Positions 12,102-25,500 of a stretch of DNA of 64,000 bases are shown here, piece by piece (within the stretch, counting starts at the first letter, position 1; every line of letters begins with the position of its first letter). The DNA comes from Entomortierella parvispora E1425 (lineage: Eukaryota; Fungi; Mortierellomycota). The notes under the pieces were generated by a model. That model was not told the origin of the DNA. It saw only the letters and a program-made list of their open reading frames with translations, and made no database searches. The stretch is from assembly GCA_020891255.1 (NCBI GenBank), contig BQFW01000002.1:744001-808000 (forward strand), given 5' to 3'. The position numbers were made by a program, and so were the translations under genes.

Positions 12102-13255
12102 TCATGCCCGTCGTGTGGTCCTAGATTGGGTTGGCGTAATTGTTTTTGCCCTCTTCTCTGGAGCACAATCATTCGAGGTGGGCTCGGCCTGTCTCTTGGA
12201 GCCGACGGCTTTGGATTTCATCTGCTTTTGTGTGTCAGGAGTCACTTTGTTGGGAGCTTCCTGGCTGTTTTTGATTGGTGAAGACTGCACTTTCCTAGGC
12301 ACGCTGTATTTGTCAAGTATGTACTCGGACCAAAGAGCCATCTCCACCAAGTGCGGAGACGTGACCTTGGCCGACCCCCTTTCCTCCAGTTCCTTGGCCT
12401 TTTCGATCACCTTGGCTGCAAACCGGATATAGTAGGGTATAGTATAGGCGATAGGACCTAGGCCCGGGACAGACGCCATAGTTTCATCCGCCATGAAGGG
12501 CACCTCGGACGGTGCGCCAGAGCACAAGATTGCTACCGTCAACGAGAGCAAATAGGGGAGAAAGCCGACGAGACACGCTTAGCGAAGAAAAAAAAATTCT
12601 AGGAGCAGCGCTGCAGACTGCAGCAAACTACAGAACTTCACACGCCTCTTACCTGACGCAGTTGCGGGTCCCACGCCCTTCAGTTCTGCCATCTTCGTGA
12701 TCGCTGCCCTAAGTCCGGTTGGAATCAGCTTGAAAGCCTCTTCACTTACGCGCTTCACGTCTGCGTCCGAGTTTGACTCTGCCAGCTTGAGCAAGTTGGG
12801 TCGAAACTTGCCTCGCTTTTCACCGTTCGGAAGTGCGCGGAGAGGTTTTTTCTGTTAGTGAGGCGGGCAGCTCCAGGACAGACAGTCAGACTACGAGTTA
12901 CCACACGTACCTTCAGCTTCCAGCTCATCAGCTGACAAAGCTCTTTCGAGGTCATATACACTGGCGAGCGCGTCGCGAGCACGGCTGGAAGCGTTGTTTG
13001 GTACCATTCGTCCAGTTTCAAAAGAGAATTGTCTTTTTTGCTGGCGACATGATGAGAGAGCGCATCTGGGTACTGATCCAAGATGGATTCCCAGAGAGAG
13101 ATGTCGCTCGAGTTGAAAAGTGTCGTCGGCATGGGTGAATGGGATGAGTGTAGATGGGCGACAGCGCGAGCCGAACTTGTTTGGGCACCCCGCCTGCTCT
13201 GAGTAAAAAACGTAGCACTGGCAGCGATATATGTTCGGTGAAGTCTCCCGATCAT
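12102..13255 (-). CDS. Amun-like helix-hairpin-helix (HhH-GPD fold) putative DNA glycosylase; exons 13255 (or 13132)-12911, 12815-12653, 12532-12102
   Basis: ELCQLMSWKLK|RGKFRPNL, the HhH motif LKGVGPATASAIL and PFMADE are characteristic of the Amun/uncharacterised HhH family. There are two in-frame ATGs, at 13255 and 13132. Confidence 0.75.
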
Positions 13256-15469
13256 GGAGGCAGGGTTTGATATATACAGCTTCGTCTTCAAGTCTCCAAA
13301 GAACCATCGATTCTTTAACAAGAAGCAAAGGAGCACCACTCCTGTCGTTGAGCAGAAGAGCGAGGGCGGTTGTTCTAGCGCTAGGGCAAAGGGTCGACGA
13401 CTCCTTGGGAAGAAGAGGCAAAGACGACACGCAATCTATGTTGTTAAGGGTATACTGCACCCGGTTTTTTTTTTTTTTTTTTTTTGGAGCGGTTTGGACC
13501 GTTGGGTGATTTTCATCTCGTTTCCGTCCGCTTGATCAGATTTTGTTTTACGGCGTTGCAATGGGTCTTCCATCTCCTCGGCGGGAAGGTGGACGGGAGC
13601 AACAGACACCACAGGAGCAGCGGAGGGACCTTTCTTTGTCCGCTCTTCATTTCGCCCTCTATTTAGCAGAATTTTGTCTAAACTCTGCTGGAGATTTCAA
13701 AGAGAGAACAGAGACGGTCCAATGGTCCGCCAGTGCATGTATCCTGCTTCCCCAAGCAGTCGAAGAGGGAAAGGCACTTGAGGAAAGTGGAGAAGGACAA
13801 TGGGGGTCAGAGTGAGAGAAACACGTAGCAACGACGCGACGAATGAAATGGTCGACTTGATCACAGGAGGAGCTGTTTGTCAAAGACACCAACCAAGTCG
13901 CCAATTGGCGAGTGGCGGGGTGGACGACGATTTTTTTTCCTCATTACTCTTTCTGTTCAATCCATTGTCCATTGCCATTCTACCTTCATTGGCATTGTTC
14001 TCTGTCCTCGTTGCATCCATCCGCCCTCAACCCCTTCTGATGTGTCCATCCTCGACACGCACTTGACACCTCCGCCACACCCGTCACAGGCAACACACAC
14101 AAGTCCGCAGTACCCGACAAAGAAACAAAGTAATTCACAAAGGGTTGCACTCTTCTTCAGACATCACTTCTCTGCACTCCACACACTGCACCTATGAAGC
14201 ACAACGCAACCCAAGACTTTTCATATTCAAAAACAAGACACCACGGCACTGAAGGCGTTTGTCCCAACAACCCACCGGTTTTTTTTTTGTTGCTGTTTGT
14301 ACTTCCAGGCGGTTGCACACTTCTCCATTTTTTTTCCCTGTGTTCAACTGTCCCTTTGCCCTCCCAGTTCATTTTATGGATCTGTTTGTTTGTGTATTGT
14401 GGTCATGGATTGTTGTTTTTCAGCAACCTGTCCTCTCCCGCAGGTGCTTCCCAATCGAGGTCAAAAGGGGGAGAAGGACGATAGGAAGTGATTTTTATTG
14501 TCGCTCGAAGGAGACTCTGTCACTGCCCCCCCGAAGGGGTGGACGAGCGAACACGCGCCGTTGGCAGTGACAGACCAAAGGGAAATGTGACAGAGTGCGA
14601 ATTCAATGTGGCCTAGCGGAGTCTAGATTGGAGGGCCCGGTTTTTCATGTGTGAAGATGCAGATGGAGACCAGAGGGATGGGCCATGGCCACCTTCCTGA
14701 TTGTGTAGCGACCGATTTCTTGTTGTGTTTGGGTTGGTGTGGATAGAGCAGATGTGTGAGCATGAGGAGCGACCGGGGGACATGAAAGGAGATAGAGGGA
14801 AAAGGAGGAAGGACGAGTCAATCGGGAAGCAGATAGAGCACCGACAGACCTGGGAAATGAAGAGAACAGGACAGAGCATGAACAGCGACGAGAGTGGACC
14901 ATGCGATCGGTTGTTCACGCAGTCAACAGAATGAAATTGAATGAAAAAAGGACCGATCTCCCGCCCCGCTGACGGCACTGCTTGTAACGGCAGCACACAC
15001 AAAGCACGCTACGCACGCACACGCGCACGCACTCTCGCACGTTTTTTTTTCTTTATTTAATTCTTTTTTGACTCTGGACGACAACAAACAGAACGGAAGG
15101 GACGAGGGTAAGAAAAGAAAAGAAAAGGGGTCAACAGAGAAGCAAGAGGGTGAAAGAAAGGGGGAAGGAGGGCACTGGCCAGGAGAGGGAGGGAACTGTT
15201 TCCGAGGCAAAATAGGGCAGAATGTTTGTCATGAGGAGGATGAAGGATGAAGATGGATGGAGAGACGAGGACATGAGTCAAACAGACAGACAGGAAGACC
15301 GACAGGCCGACCGACATAGAGACCGTTGTGTTTTTTTGGGCCGTCCCTTCTTTTTTTATTTTTGTTGTGCGAGCTTTTTTTTACACTTTCCCCCCTTCCT
15401 CCCTTTCTGTTCTCTTTTTTCCCTTCTCATCCTCCCCTCTCGTCATTTCCTTCCTTCTTTTTGTTCGTT

Positions 15470-15510
15470 CATTCCGTTCATTCATTCATTCATTCATTCT
15501 TTCATTCATT
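15470..15510. repeat. (TTCA)n tetranucleotide repeat in the PDE leader
   Basis: ttcattcattcattcattc run. Confidence 0.85.
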
Positions 15511-16231
15511 ACCGCCTGCTCCTTCTCTTGCGCGCGCGTATCTTTTTGCATCCACCTCCTCGCTCCTCGGCCATCCTTCATTGTGCTCATCCGCAGGATC
15601 AGAAATCGTGCCCCAATCGCCATTGCCAGGCACGCGTTCCTTTATCTCTCACATTCCGTTCTTCCATTCTTTTCATTCTTTTCCCTTTTTTTTTTGATCT
15701 CCTTCCAGAGACTCTTCAGATAAAACTGACTGACTGACCGACCCTTGAACCCTTCCCTTCTCTGTTCACATCACACAGATCGTCGGTGCCTTTCATCTCC
15801 CTTCTCCTTCTCTCCATTGCCAGACCCTCGCCGAGCCCGTCTGTATTTTTAATATCACTCTCCAACTGCAAGGCTCCGCTCAGTTCGCGGCTCCCCTCTC
15901 CTGCAGTTCATATCAGACTGTTCGCCCGTCTGCTCTTCTCCCCTCTCCCTTTCCTTCCCCTCCTTCCCTTTCTTCCCCTCTATTTTCAACTCATTCCTCA
16001 TTTTTTTTCTTTCCTTTTACTCTCTCCCTCCCTTCCTCCCTCCCTCCCATTCTCCGTTGATCGCACGACCGGCACACCAAGCACGACTTTCCAGCCTCTT
16101 TACTGACAAGCGTACATTCAACTCGGACAACTCTCTCGCATCTCGACTCTTCCTCCCTGGGAACGGCATTCACCACCGTGGCCATTTACCCCTTTTCTGC
16201 TCAACAGGCCTTGCCCATACCACCGCCCGCC

Positions 16232-19200
16232 ATGGAGCCAACAGAGTACCTGGTGCTTCTTATTGACCCAAATCTCGATACCCATTCAGCAGTTCCCACC
16301 ACCCCTTCTCAACTTGCAGCCTTCGGCTCCATTGCCCACACGGAAACCCTCAGCAATACGTCTTCGCAATCTCTATGCTCATCGACCTCGACAAGTTCCA
16401 CAGCGACCTCGCACACCTCTAACAGTTCGTCCACCCGCCTATCCCCCCTTCGAAAGACTCAAAGAAGCCCTCGCTCAAAGTCAAAATCCACAGGAACCTT
16501 GGACTCTCGGTCGCGTTCAGAGTCTAGGTCCAGCGATGGGAGTGGTCAACTGTCGTCAATACTCCAGTTGGCAGGTCTAAAAGGTATGAAAATCGTACTC
16601 CCTGGGACACATATTCACACGAGCTATATCTATGAAAGAAACGTGCGCACGGCGTGGCAAGGTTTCGTTTTTCTTCATATTTCCCCCTATCTCCATGAGG
16701 ACGACGGAAACGCCGTCTCTGACTGTTGGCGCGAGCAAAGACTTTATGCTGGATTGTGTATGACCTTGGATGTGGGTCCGGACGGGGTCAATGGCGGACT
16801 GTTGTTGATGTGGCAACCACAGGGACGAACGGAAAGAGCAGGACGAAACAGGCACCTGGATGGATGCACACTATTTTGCTCTCATTGCGACCCTTTTTTT
16901 GTTTTTGGGAACACCCCCTTCATGAGACTCTTTACGCCTCCTTTTTTTGTGCTTGCTCCATGAGCCAGTCCGGGCCTTGGGCAGACCCTTTCTGGAGCCC
17001 AAGGCAGTTGGATCGCTCAAGTACTTGAGCAGTGTGAGAAGGAGAGGGGGGCGAGCTGACAAAACGCGGATACTGGAAGCTGGCTGCTCGCACGAGGGTG
17101 GTTTTTTTTTATTTTTACTTTTATTCTCTTTTGGCTATGCTCTCTTGTGCTGGGTGGGGAATGAATAGACCCGACGGGCTAGAAGGGTTGTGGTGAATGT
17201 GGTGCAGTTCCTATCCTCACGGTGCTGGACTTTGGCACTTGGATCTTTAGGACAAGGACTCGTCATTTGCCTTGCTCCCCTACTTCCTTCTCCCCCTATC
17301 CTGGTGTTCTTTGCGCTCATTCTTCATTTCTTCAAAACACACCAGTCTGTGAAGCGTGCGCTGGGGGATCGTTCTCTTTGTGCTCTGTGTGCCTGCGTCT
17401 TTGCTCCTTTTTTCCCTTTGTGTGGTTTTTTTGTTGTATTTATTCATGTGGTGCGTGTTTGTACTGCTTGGGATGTTTTAATCTGCCCAAAAAAAACGTG
17501 GCAGGGCTTGGAAAAGGGGAGAGTGAGGTGGATCCTGTTACTCACTCTCCGCCCAACGGCCCTCGATTGCTGTCACGTTTTTTGTTGTCCTGTTTGTTCA
17601 CCATGTAAACTGACCAAACTCGCTTCTCCGGCTCACCAATAGTCTTGACGACAGCCACTTTTGAGTCAGCAATGGCCCTGTTGGAGCACCGATCTCCTAA
17701 CGAAACACGACCAATGTTGCTGTTGGTCGATGTCGATGGAGAAGGCTACCTGTCACCTGCGCAGCAAAGGTCAGGACTTCACCAGGACCGTCAACCGCTA
17801 TCAAGAGGATTGAACGGCGAGCATGGCATAGAAAGGTTGACGCAGGAGAAAGGCCAACGTCATCTCAGAGCGACTAGCGACAGCACTGTCACCAAACGGA
17901 CTCAGTCCCGATCTCGGAGACCAGTATCGAAATCAACGAGACAGAATGGCTTGACTGGACTCGAGTTTTTAGAAAACGTTTTACAGGGACTTGCCAAGGG
18001 CTCGTTATATCATATTGTCCCTATAGGTAAGCTTTGGACTTGCGCGCGCTCTTCTATTATTATTATATCAATGAGTATTAACAAGTCTAAAACTTGTCTG
18101 TAGCCGTCACCTCCACCGCGTCCCAGGATAAAATCGCAGAGCTGTTCAATCTAGGAGTCGCAGATGTAGTACTAAAGCCAATCCAGCAGCAGGTGGCAAG
18201 GACCTTGTTCTTGGTAAGAGGAATTGACCGACCTTTGGATCGAAATCAACACTCATCTCGATGGGAGTCTTACTCGGATGATTCATTCTCTCTCGTGCTG
18301 TAGAACATCCATCGTTACAGCAAATACCGGACTGCAGTCACCATTCCAAGATATGCCTCTCAAAAGAACACGCTGGCACTCCCAAGTCATTCACGACTTC
18401 GAAACGTGTTTCTCAAGGATCAATGGTATGTCACGAACTTTGACAATCCTTTCATGGTTTCCCTCTTCATCACCTGCATTCTTACGTAGGATCTTTTTGC
18501 CCCTTCATAGGCTTTCGGATATTCTCATCCAGCACTATTGTCCTACGCCGTCGATGCTCTCTCTGCAGGACTTTCCTAGCATGTCATCTCTGGGGGCCAA
18601 GGAACGTGTCGCTCATCTCAAGAAGAGGCTGCTTTCATGGGACTTTCATCCACATGACCTCTGTGAGGAAGATTTGATGCGATGTGTGGTTATTGTCATT
18701 CAAGAGGTCATGAAGTTGGATGGCCTCGGCGATTTGAACATCCCAGAACGTAAGTTGAACTGTCTGCATTCGCTTCTGTGTTGTCGTAACAGGATCTAAC
18801 TCGAGGGAGCTTATTTTTTAATAGATCTCTTGCATCGCTTCGTGATCGGACTTCGGGACTCGTATCATCGATCGAATCCATATCACAACTTTGCGCACGC
18901 AGTGGATGTTCTTCAGGCAACGTTTTATTTCTTGTGCCGGATGGGCAAGTTGCCATTGTCTGGAACTGGCTATCACCCTCTTCCATCCACCGATAGCGAG
19001 CCATCATCCTCAGAATCAGGATCAACCTCATCCAACGACGATCCACCAGGCGAGAATGTGGAAGGTCGTCTGAAGCACATCCGTGTTCAAGACTTTTTGC
19101 GGCCCGAAGACATTTTTGCATTGGTTGTTGCCAGTATTGGCCACGATGTGGGTCACCCTGGTGTCAACAACATGTTTTTGGTATGAGAGCCGTTCTTCTG

Positions 19201-21194
19201 GAGTTTATTTCAAATGACCCATGTGACGACCACCTTACCACAAGGAAATACTAAGGCTCTTTACCAATTCGCTCTATTTTATTTGTTGTAGATCAATGCA
19301 CATACGCCTCTTGCTCAGGTCTACAACGACAGATCTGTCCTCGAGAGCTTCCACTCCATGGCCCTGTTCCAGGTCATGAAGAAACATGGATTCGAGTGCT
19401 TCGATGTGGACTCACAAAACCGCAAGTTTATGGGTAAGCGATTTGTTATAGCACGATCAAAGACTGTCGAGGTACATGGTTGGACTCTTCTCTTACCCCC
19501 ACAATCTTACATGTCGGATATATCTAGAATTCCGCAAAATGGTAGTGAGCACTATTTTGGCCACCGATATGGGTCTTCATTTTGACTATGTAGGCAAGAT
19601 CAAGGAGCAAAGCGAGCGCCTTCGAATGCGGAATACCCCTGCCGGCCAAATACCAAAGCCAAACCAGGCTAGTATAGATGAGCAGGAGAGACTCGTTCTC
19701 TGCGGAACGCTCATCAAGTGCGCCGATATTAGCAATGCCGTAAGTACCTTTTGGCCCTTTTTTACGAACTCTATACGCCTCAAGATCGCCATTTTCTAAC
19801 AGTGCCTTTTCTTTGTCGCTCAAACAGTCGCGTCCTTTCCATGTTGCAGAGAGATGGTCCTCAGTGCTCTTGCAGGAAATGTGTAACCAAGCAGATATTG
19901 AGAAGGAAATGGCAGTGAGCTCTGGATCACAGCCTGTTCCCGACGTGCAGACAAAGAGCCTTGCGAATGATCCCGGCATGCAGATCGACTCACAGTTGGG
20001 CTTTATCCATGGATTTGCCATGCCGCTCTTTGCTAGCGTCAAAGAAATCATCCCTGGTAAGTCCACATCGATCATCAATCAGCCATATCCCTTGTTAGTA
20101 CATTTACCATTGGGAAGGTGCTAACTTGGGAATTATCTTTTTTTTTAGAAATGTCGTACTGCGTGGAGCTGCTTCAAATCAACCACAAGATCTGGCAGGA
20201 CCGAAAGATGGATTACTTGCAAAATGGAGGATCCGGCCCCTTACCCTTTACAATGACCAAACCTGCAAAAGAAGCCAGTGACTTACCACAAAATTCGTCA
20301 AGTCCTCGCAAGACAGGAACTCATATCCGCGCTAGAAGCCATGGACCAAAGCAGCTAGAGATGGATGTAAAAGGCCAAAGACCAGAAAGCGCGGGAGCCC
20401 CTAAGGTACCAAACGGTACCGTGCGACGCATTTCTAAGCCTGCCAGCACTCCGCCTGCTCCAGCACCAGCACCTGAGAGCTCGGCAGGAGGAAGCTCTAT
20501 TCCACGACCTCGTTCAAGGCCAAAAGCGGCCACTTCAGAAGGAGATGTTCTCCCAAAGACGTATGGACAGGAGAGTCGACTGAATGGCCCGTCTCGCATT
20601 CAATCAAATGGTCGAGTAAGGCAACAGAGCTCTCGAGAGCCAGTATCAAGGATCGCAAGTACAGTAGCCCCCGCGTCTGTACCGTCTACACCTTCGGGAT
20701 CGAGGTCCCGCATTCCTGGAGGCAGGCTGGAAGCAGGAATGTCGCCTCTTGGCAAGCAGGGTGACTCTACTCAAAAACTCGAAACGCCATCGAAACTGAC
20801 ACCTCGTGGTCAACGGTCACCTGGACGTCGTTCGCAGGGACCCCAACAAGGTCATGGTACTCAATCTCATGATACGCACCCCAAGCACGAGAAGAATACG
20901 ACACTTTCGCTTGGAAATGGAGGTGTGGGAGGTACGCCATTGGAACATGGGGAAACCATTGTTCTGGGCTCGCTCTTGCCCGTTGACCTCCTATCCAAGA
21001 GTGCCCCGTCCGACAAATCAACAGCCACTTCATCACCATTATCACCACCCCTTCCAAAGACTCCAGGTTCTATCAAGGCAGTCTCCCCAGGCATTCCTTA
21101 TGGCAGTTTGAGTGGAGGAAAGAGGATACACCAGAAGCAGGATTACTTTGGACCTCAAGCGACCGCCACCGCTGCCACTCAAGATGGTCATTAA
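16232..21194 (+). CDS. PDE2: Class I cyclic-nucleotide phosphodiesterase with N-terminal response-regulator receiver domain (RegA-like/Pde2); exons 16232-16583, 17643-18026, 18104-18213, 18304-18425, 18511-18749, 18825-19180, 19292-19433, 19529-19739, 19828-20056, 20149-21194
   Basis: Catalytic motifs YHNFAHAVD, HDVGHPGVNN, SVLESFH, ILATDM, KCADISN and SQLGFI are present. REC motifs: VLLID, LLLVDVD, GLTGLEFL, IVPIAVTS, GVADVVLKP. All nine introns are GT-AG and in phase. Confidence 0.93.
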
Positions 21195-22508
21195 GATCTT
21201 TTTTTTTTTTTTTTGCTTTTTGATTTTGCCTTTTTTTTTTTTTCTTTTTCAGTTCGATAAAGAGATCTCCCTTTTTCAAATGACAAACGAACCAACCCTT
21301 GTTTGAAAGAAGTACAACGGCAATCGATTTTCCAGATCGACGTCTCCATTCAATGTAACTTGTGCATAATGCTCTTTTGCAGGTTTGGTATATCTCTAGT
21401 TCAACAGGAAGTTGGGATTTTACAGCAACGGACCTGCCGTGATGCAATGTCTCCCCTCCAATGTCAAGGCAGATCTCATGTCCAACGGCAGTTACGAGCT
21501 GGGAAGATATTTTATTTTTTCTTTCCACGGCCAGTAGCAGCAGCAAGAAAGGGAATGTGATTCGAGATCCCGCCTGTCACTTGTCCATGATTCCATGATT
21601 CCAAACTTTGAGGATGGATCTCAAAGAACAAAAAAAAGAAGAAAAAAAAAAGACTAAATGAACGTACGATTGAATAACGTTCGGTCTGTGTCCGTTCCTT
21701 TTTTCCTGTCCTGTCTTCTTTGACGGGTAAATGGGATATGGAGGTAGCAAACATTGCGTGACATGGCGGACCAAGGATTGGGGACTGACGAGAAATGATG
21801 CTTCGTCCAACTGTGTTTCGGGACGCGTTCCGTTAGAATTCGTTATGACGGAAGTGAGCGCTTCAACCACTCAAACTCCAGGGAGAGTACGGATATCCGG
21901 AGTGAGAAAGAAAGGTGGGGGAGGGGGCAAAACATCCCAAGGAAACAAGTCTATCCAAGTAGGTGAGTAGGGAACGGAAAAGACAGCCAAGGGAAGGGGA
22001 AAGGACCTTTATTGGAACAGGTCTGCTTTTTTTTACGATCGTTGGGCTTTGGTGCGTTTAATGGGAGGGCAATTGAGCTTCCTTCTTTGTTTCTTGTCAT
22101 CGTTTCCATCTTCTCTATCGCTCTCTCTCTCTCTTTTCTCTCCTTGTTCCTTTATTGTCCAGCTGCTATTGTCCTTTGCTGTGAACTCGTTGGTCTGGAT
22201 TCGATTCACTTCAATTGCACTCCACGCTCTATCCATCGCTGTTGTACGAGTCTGAATCTTTCTCTCTTTCGATTTCGCAACTCCTTTACTTGACGTGCTC
22301 ACTTTGGTAATGCTGGATACACTAGACTAGGATATCGCGCGAGGATCTACCCACACATCTCTAACACATTCTCTCATCTCCACATGGATCGCAGATACAG
22401 AGTGGCTTCTTTCGACCAGCTCAGTCTCGAGTTTCACCAATCCCAGAACAAAGGCACTCAAAGGACACTCAGGAAAAGAAAAGAAAAGCTCATCCGCCAC
22501 TTCTTGCC

Positions 22509-25500
22509 ATGTTGTCCTCCCACCATATTCAGATTCTCTCAAATACTACCTCTTCAACCCCTCCAATCTCATCAGCAGCGACATCACATCCATATTACCA
22601 TGACGGCGGCGAAGATGGGCGGTCCAGGAAGAGAGAGTGTGCGACGGAAAACTATGATACAATCATGGACGATCGACCTCTCTTGAAGCAGGAAATGGAC
22701 GAGGAAAGCATGGACATCCTGTATGATTCGCCAAAGAGACTCCACACTGAAGGGACTTTTGGGGGAGTGCAAACAACAATCGGGCCTCTGTCTCCAAAAA
22801 AGGGCACGAACAAAGCTGTCAGAGAAAAAGATGCCATGGACAACTCTGTTTCTAAAGGAAAGAAGAAGAGCATCAGCAGCAACAGCAACAGCGGCAGTGC
22901 CAGCAATGGACCCAAGCGATCACAGATGCGCAAGGAGCTTTACATTGACACGGACGCGTCGTTGCATTCCTCGTCGCGTGCATTGGCCACCCCACCCTGC
23001 CACGCAGAATCGCCTGTCACAACGACGGCCATCCCTGGATTGACCCCTCACCACCAACATCACCTCCACTCTCACACCCAGCATCGCAGTCGATCTTCAG
23101 GGACAGACGCCGATCATTTTGAGGACTGTGTCCATTGCAACACCCCACCAGCCAATTGTAAAATCCCAATGCCTACTGTAGCGGCGGCAGCGGTTGGAGG
23201 CCTTGCAAGACGATCTTCACTGGCCATGATGACACCTCCCCCAAGCGCGGGTCTTGTGAAATCGGCCACGGTTCATTCTCTGTACGCGTCTTCTTTGACC
23301 TCCTCTCCCGGGCCAACAAAGAGCAGAGCCCCTCAAAGCAATGGATCTTCCAGCAGGAGGTCTTCTGTCCACTTGTCCAATGCTGCAATGTTCACTCCTC
23401 AGAATTTGCAGCAGAGAATGCACACAGATGGATCATCTTACCTGCCCACACCTGCCGACTTGTCCGCCCAAACGTCGACTCTATTCTCTCAGCAGCAACA
23501 ACAACAACAGCAGCAGCAGCAGCAACAACAACAACAATACCAACCTGCACTTCAGGAACGTGCCACGCCTTTTTCTACGGGAATCCACCCGTTTGATGTC
23601 TCATCTTTAGAGTCATGGATGAATCCATCCGAGATCACCCAGAGCATCGAGTATATGCAACATCTTCAGCAGCAACAGATTCAACAGCATCAAATGATCC
23701 AACGTCAACAGCAATATCAGCAATTACAGCAACAACAACAACAACAACAACAAAAGCAGCAGCAGCCCCAGGCCGCCTTCACGGAGGGTTGCCAAACCTT
23801 TGGGATGTTGGGATCCATGGAATCGTGTGTAACAGCGACTCTACAGGATTTAATATCATTGGCAACTCCACAACAAAGAAACACCTCATTAATTCCCTCC
23901 TCTGCGTCCTCTTCCTCTTCCAACGCTTCCAACGCTCCCACAAAGAAGATTGCAAAGATAAAACCAAAGAAACGGGTTGGAAGCGTCCCTGCCAACCCTG
24001 CGGCCCTCCCTCCTTCTGCAATGTCATCATTGTCAGGATCATACAGTTATTCTCAACAGTATCAAGCACAACAGCCACAACAACTATCACAGCCATCTCA
24101 ACAACACGCGAGTTCATCTCAGAGTCAATACCATGGGCCAGCACCTTGTGGAAACCCAAGCCCCTTATATGAGTACCTAGCTTCGCCCACAATCGTCCCA
24201 GGGCTCGAGATCATTGGTCATGATTTTTATGGCAACTATGTCCAAATCCTGCCCATTTGTCCAGAGACAACGTGTGCCATGAACCAGGATCCAGTTTACC
24301 TGAACCTGCTTCAAGCTATCTATGCACACACCATCCCGTTCTTGGATTTGGCGCCCGGCTCGGACGAAGAAATTCAGACCCTTTTGAACCAGGGAGCTCC
24401 GTCCGCGATCACAACCCAGTCCATCCAACCGCCGTTCAAGAATCTATTGCCTTATAACGGTCCCGAGGAAGGAAACAGCAACAGTGCGGCCTCTTTGACC
24501 GCTGCAAGACGGCATTCAACCCCGGCCATCTCAAGAATGACATCTTCGGTTTCCTCACCAGCCTTTCAGCAGTCTTTTTACACGAACGAGTTGGGTGCGG
24601 GTGCCACAGGGGGAAAGGGACTTGCTAGGCTGAATCGCCGTGCTTCGATGGCTGCTATTGGCCAAGAGTACAGCTCACCATTGGGTCCCGCTTCTACAGT
24701 TCGACGATCCAGCACAACTGTCCTCCCTTCTTCTACTTCCATGTCTCTTTTGTCCAACGGTAGTTCCTCCAACAACAACCCAGCCAAGAAGAAAAAGAAC
24801 ACGATCCGAACCCATCCTTACAAATCCACAAGCTGTTTTAAGGAAGATAACCTCATGGTCACAGAGGCCATCTTGAACGAGGTTGGAGGCATTGGAGGTA
24901 TTGGAAACTGTGCGACCGTCAGCGCCACGGACCCAAGACGGACAAAGGTCTCTGAAAAGATGGTCCACATGAGCGAGGCCGAGTATGCATCCCATTACTC
25001 TAGGCATCAGTCGTCCATGAACAAATCCTCGGCCCTCTTGAACGAAAGCGCGCCATTGTACGCAGGATCGACGGTGACCACCCGGGTTCTGGATCTGATG
25101 GGTCAGGATCAAAAGCAGCCTCATTACCCCCCACAGTTCATGAGCTCTTTCATGTCCTCCTCGGTCTCGGCACCTTCTTTTACACTGGCCATGGGCGCAC
25201 TTGTGGGTGGTGCCTCAGGGCAGGCAGGGTCGTCGAGTCAGCTGTCATCATTAGAGTCCACGGGCGCAGTAGATTTCATTCGTGCATTGTCACAAAATGG
25301 CACGACCGGTATGGACTTTGCGGATGACACGTTGTCTAGGAAACGATCCGTGTCAAGGGCTCCTTCAACAGTTGTCTCCGCCACATTGGAGAACCCCGAT
25401 TCTTTTCCTGATCAGGGTCTCCAGAGGTTGGAAAACTTGATGCTCATGGATGATGCAGCCGCTGCCGCCATTCATGCCGCAGCCGTGGCCTCGACTACCC

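Noticed and set aside
13400-15270. Short ORFs between the Amun-like gene and the PDE
   Set aside because: No coherent exon chain or protein-like motifs. This looks like divergent promoter and leader sequence.
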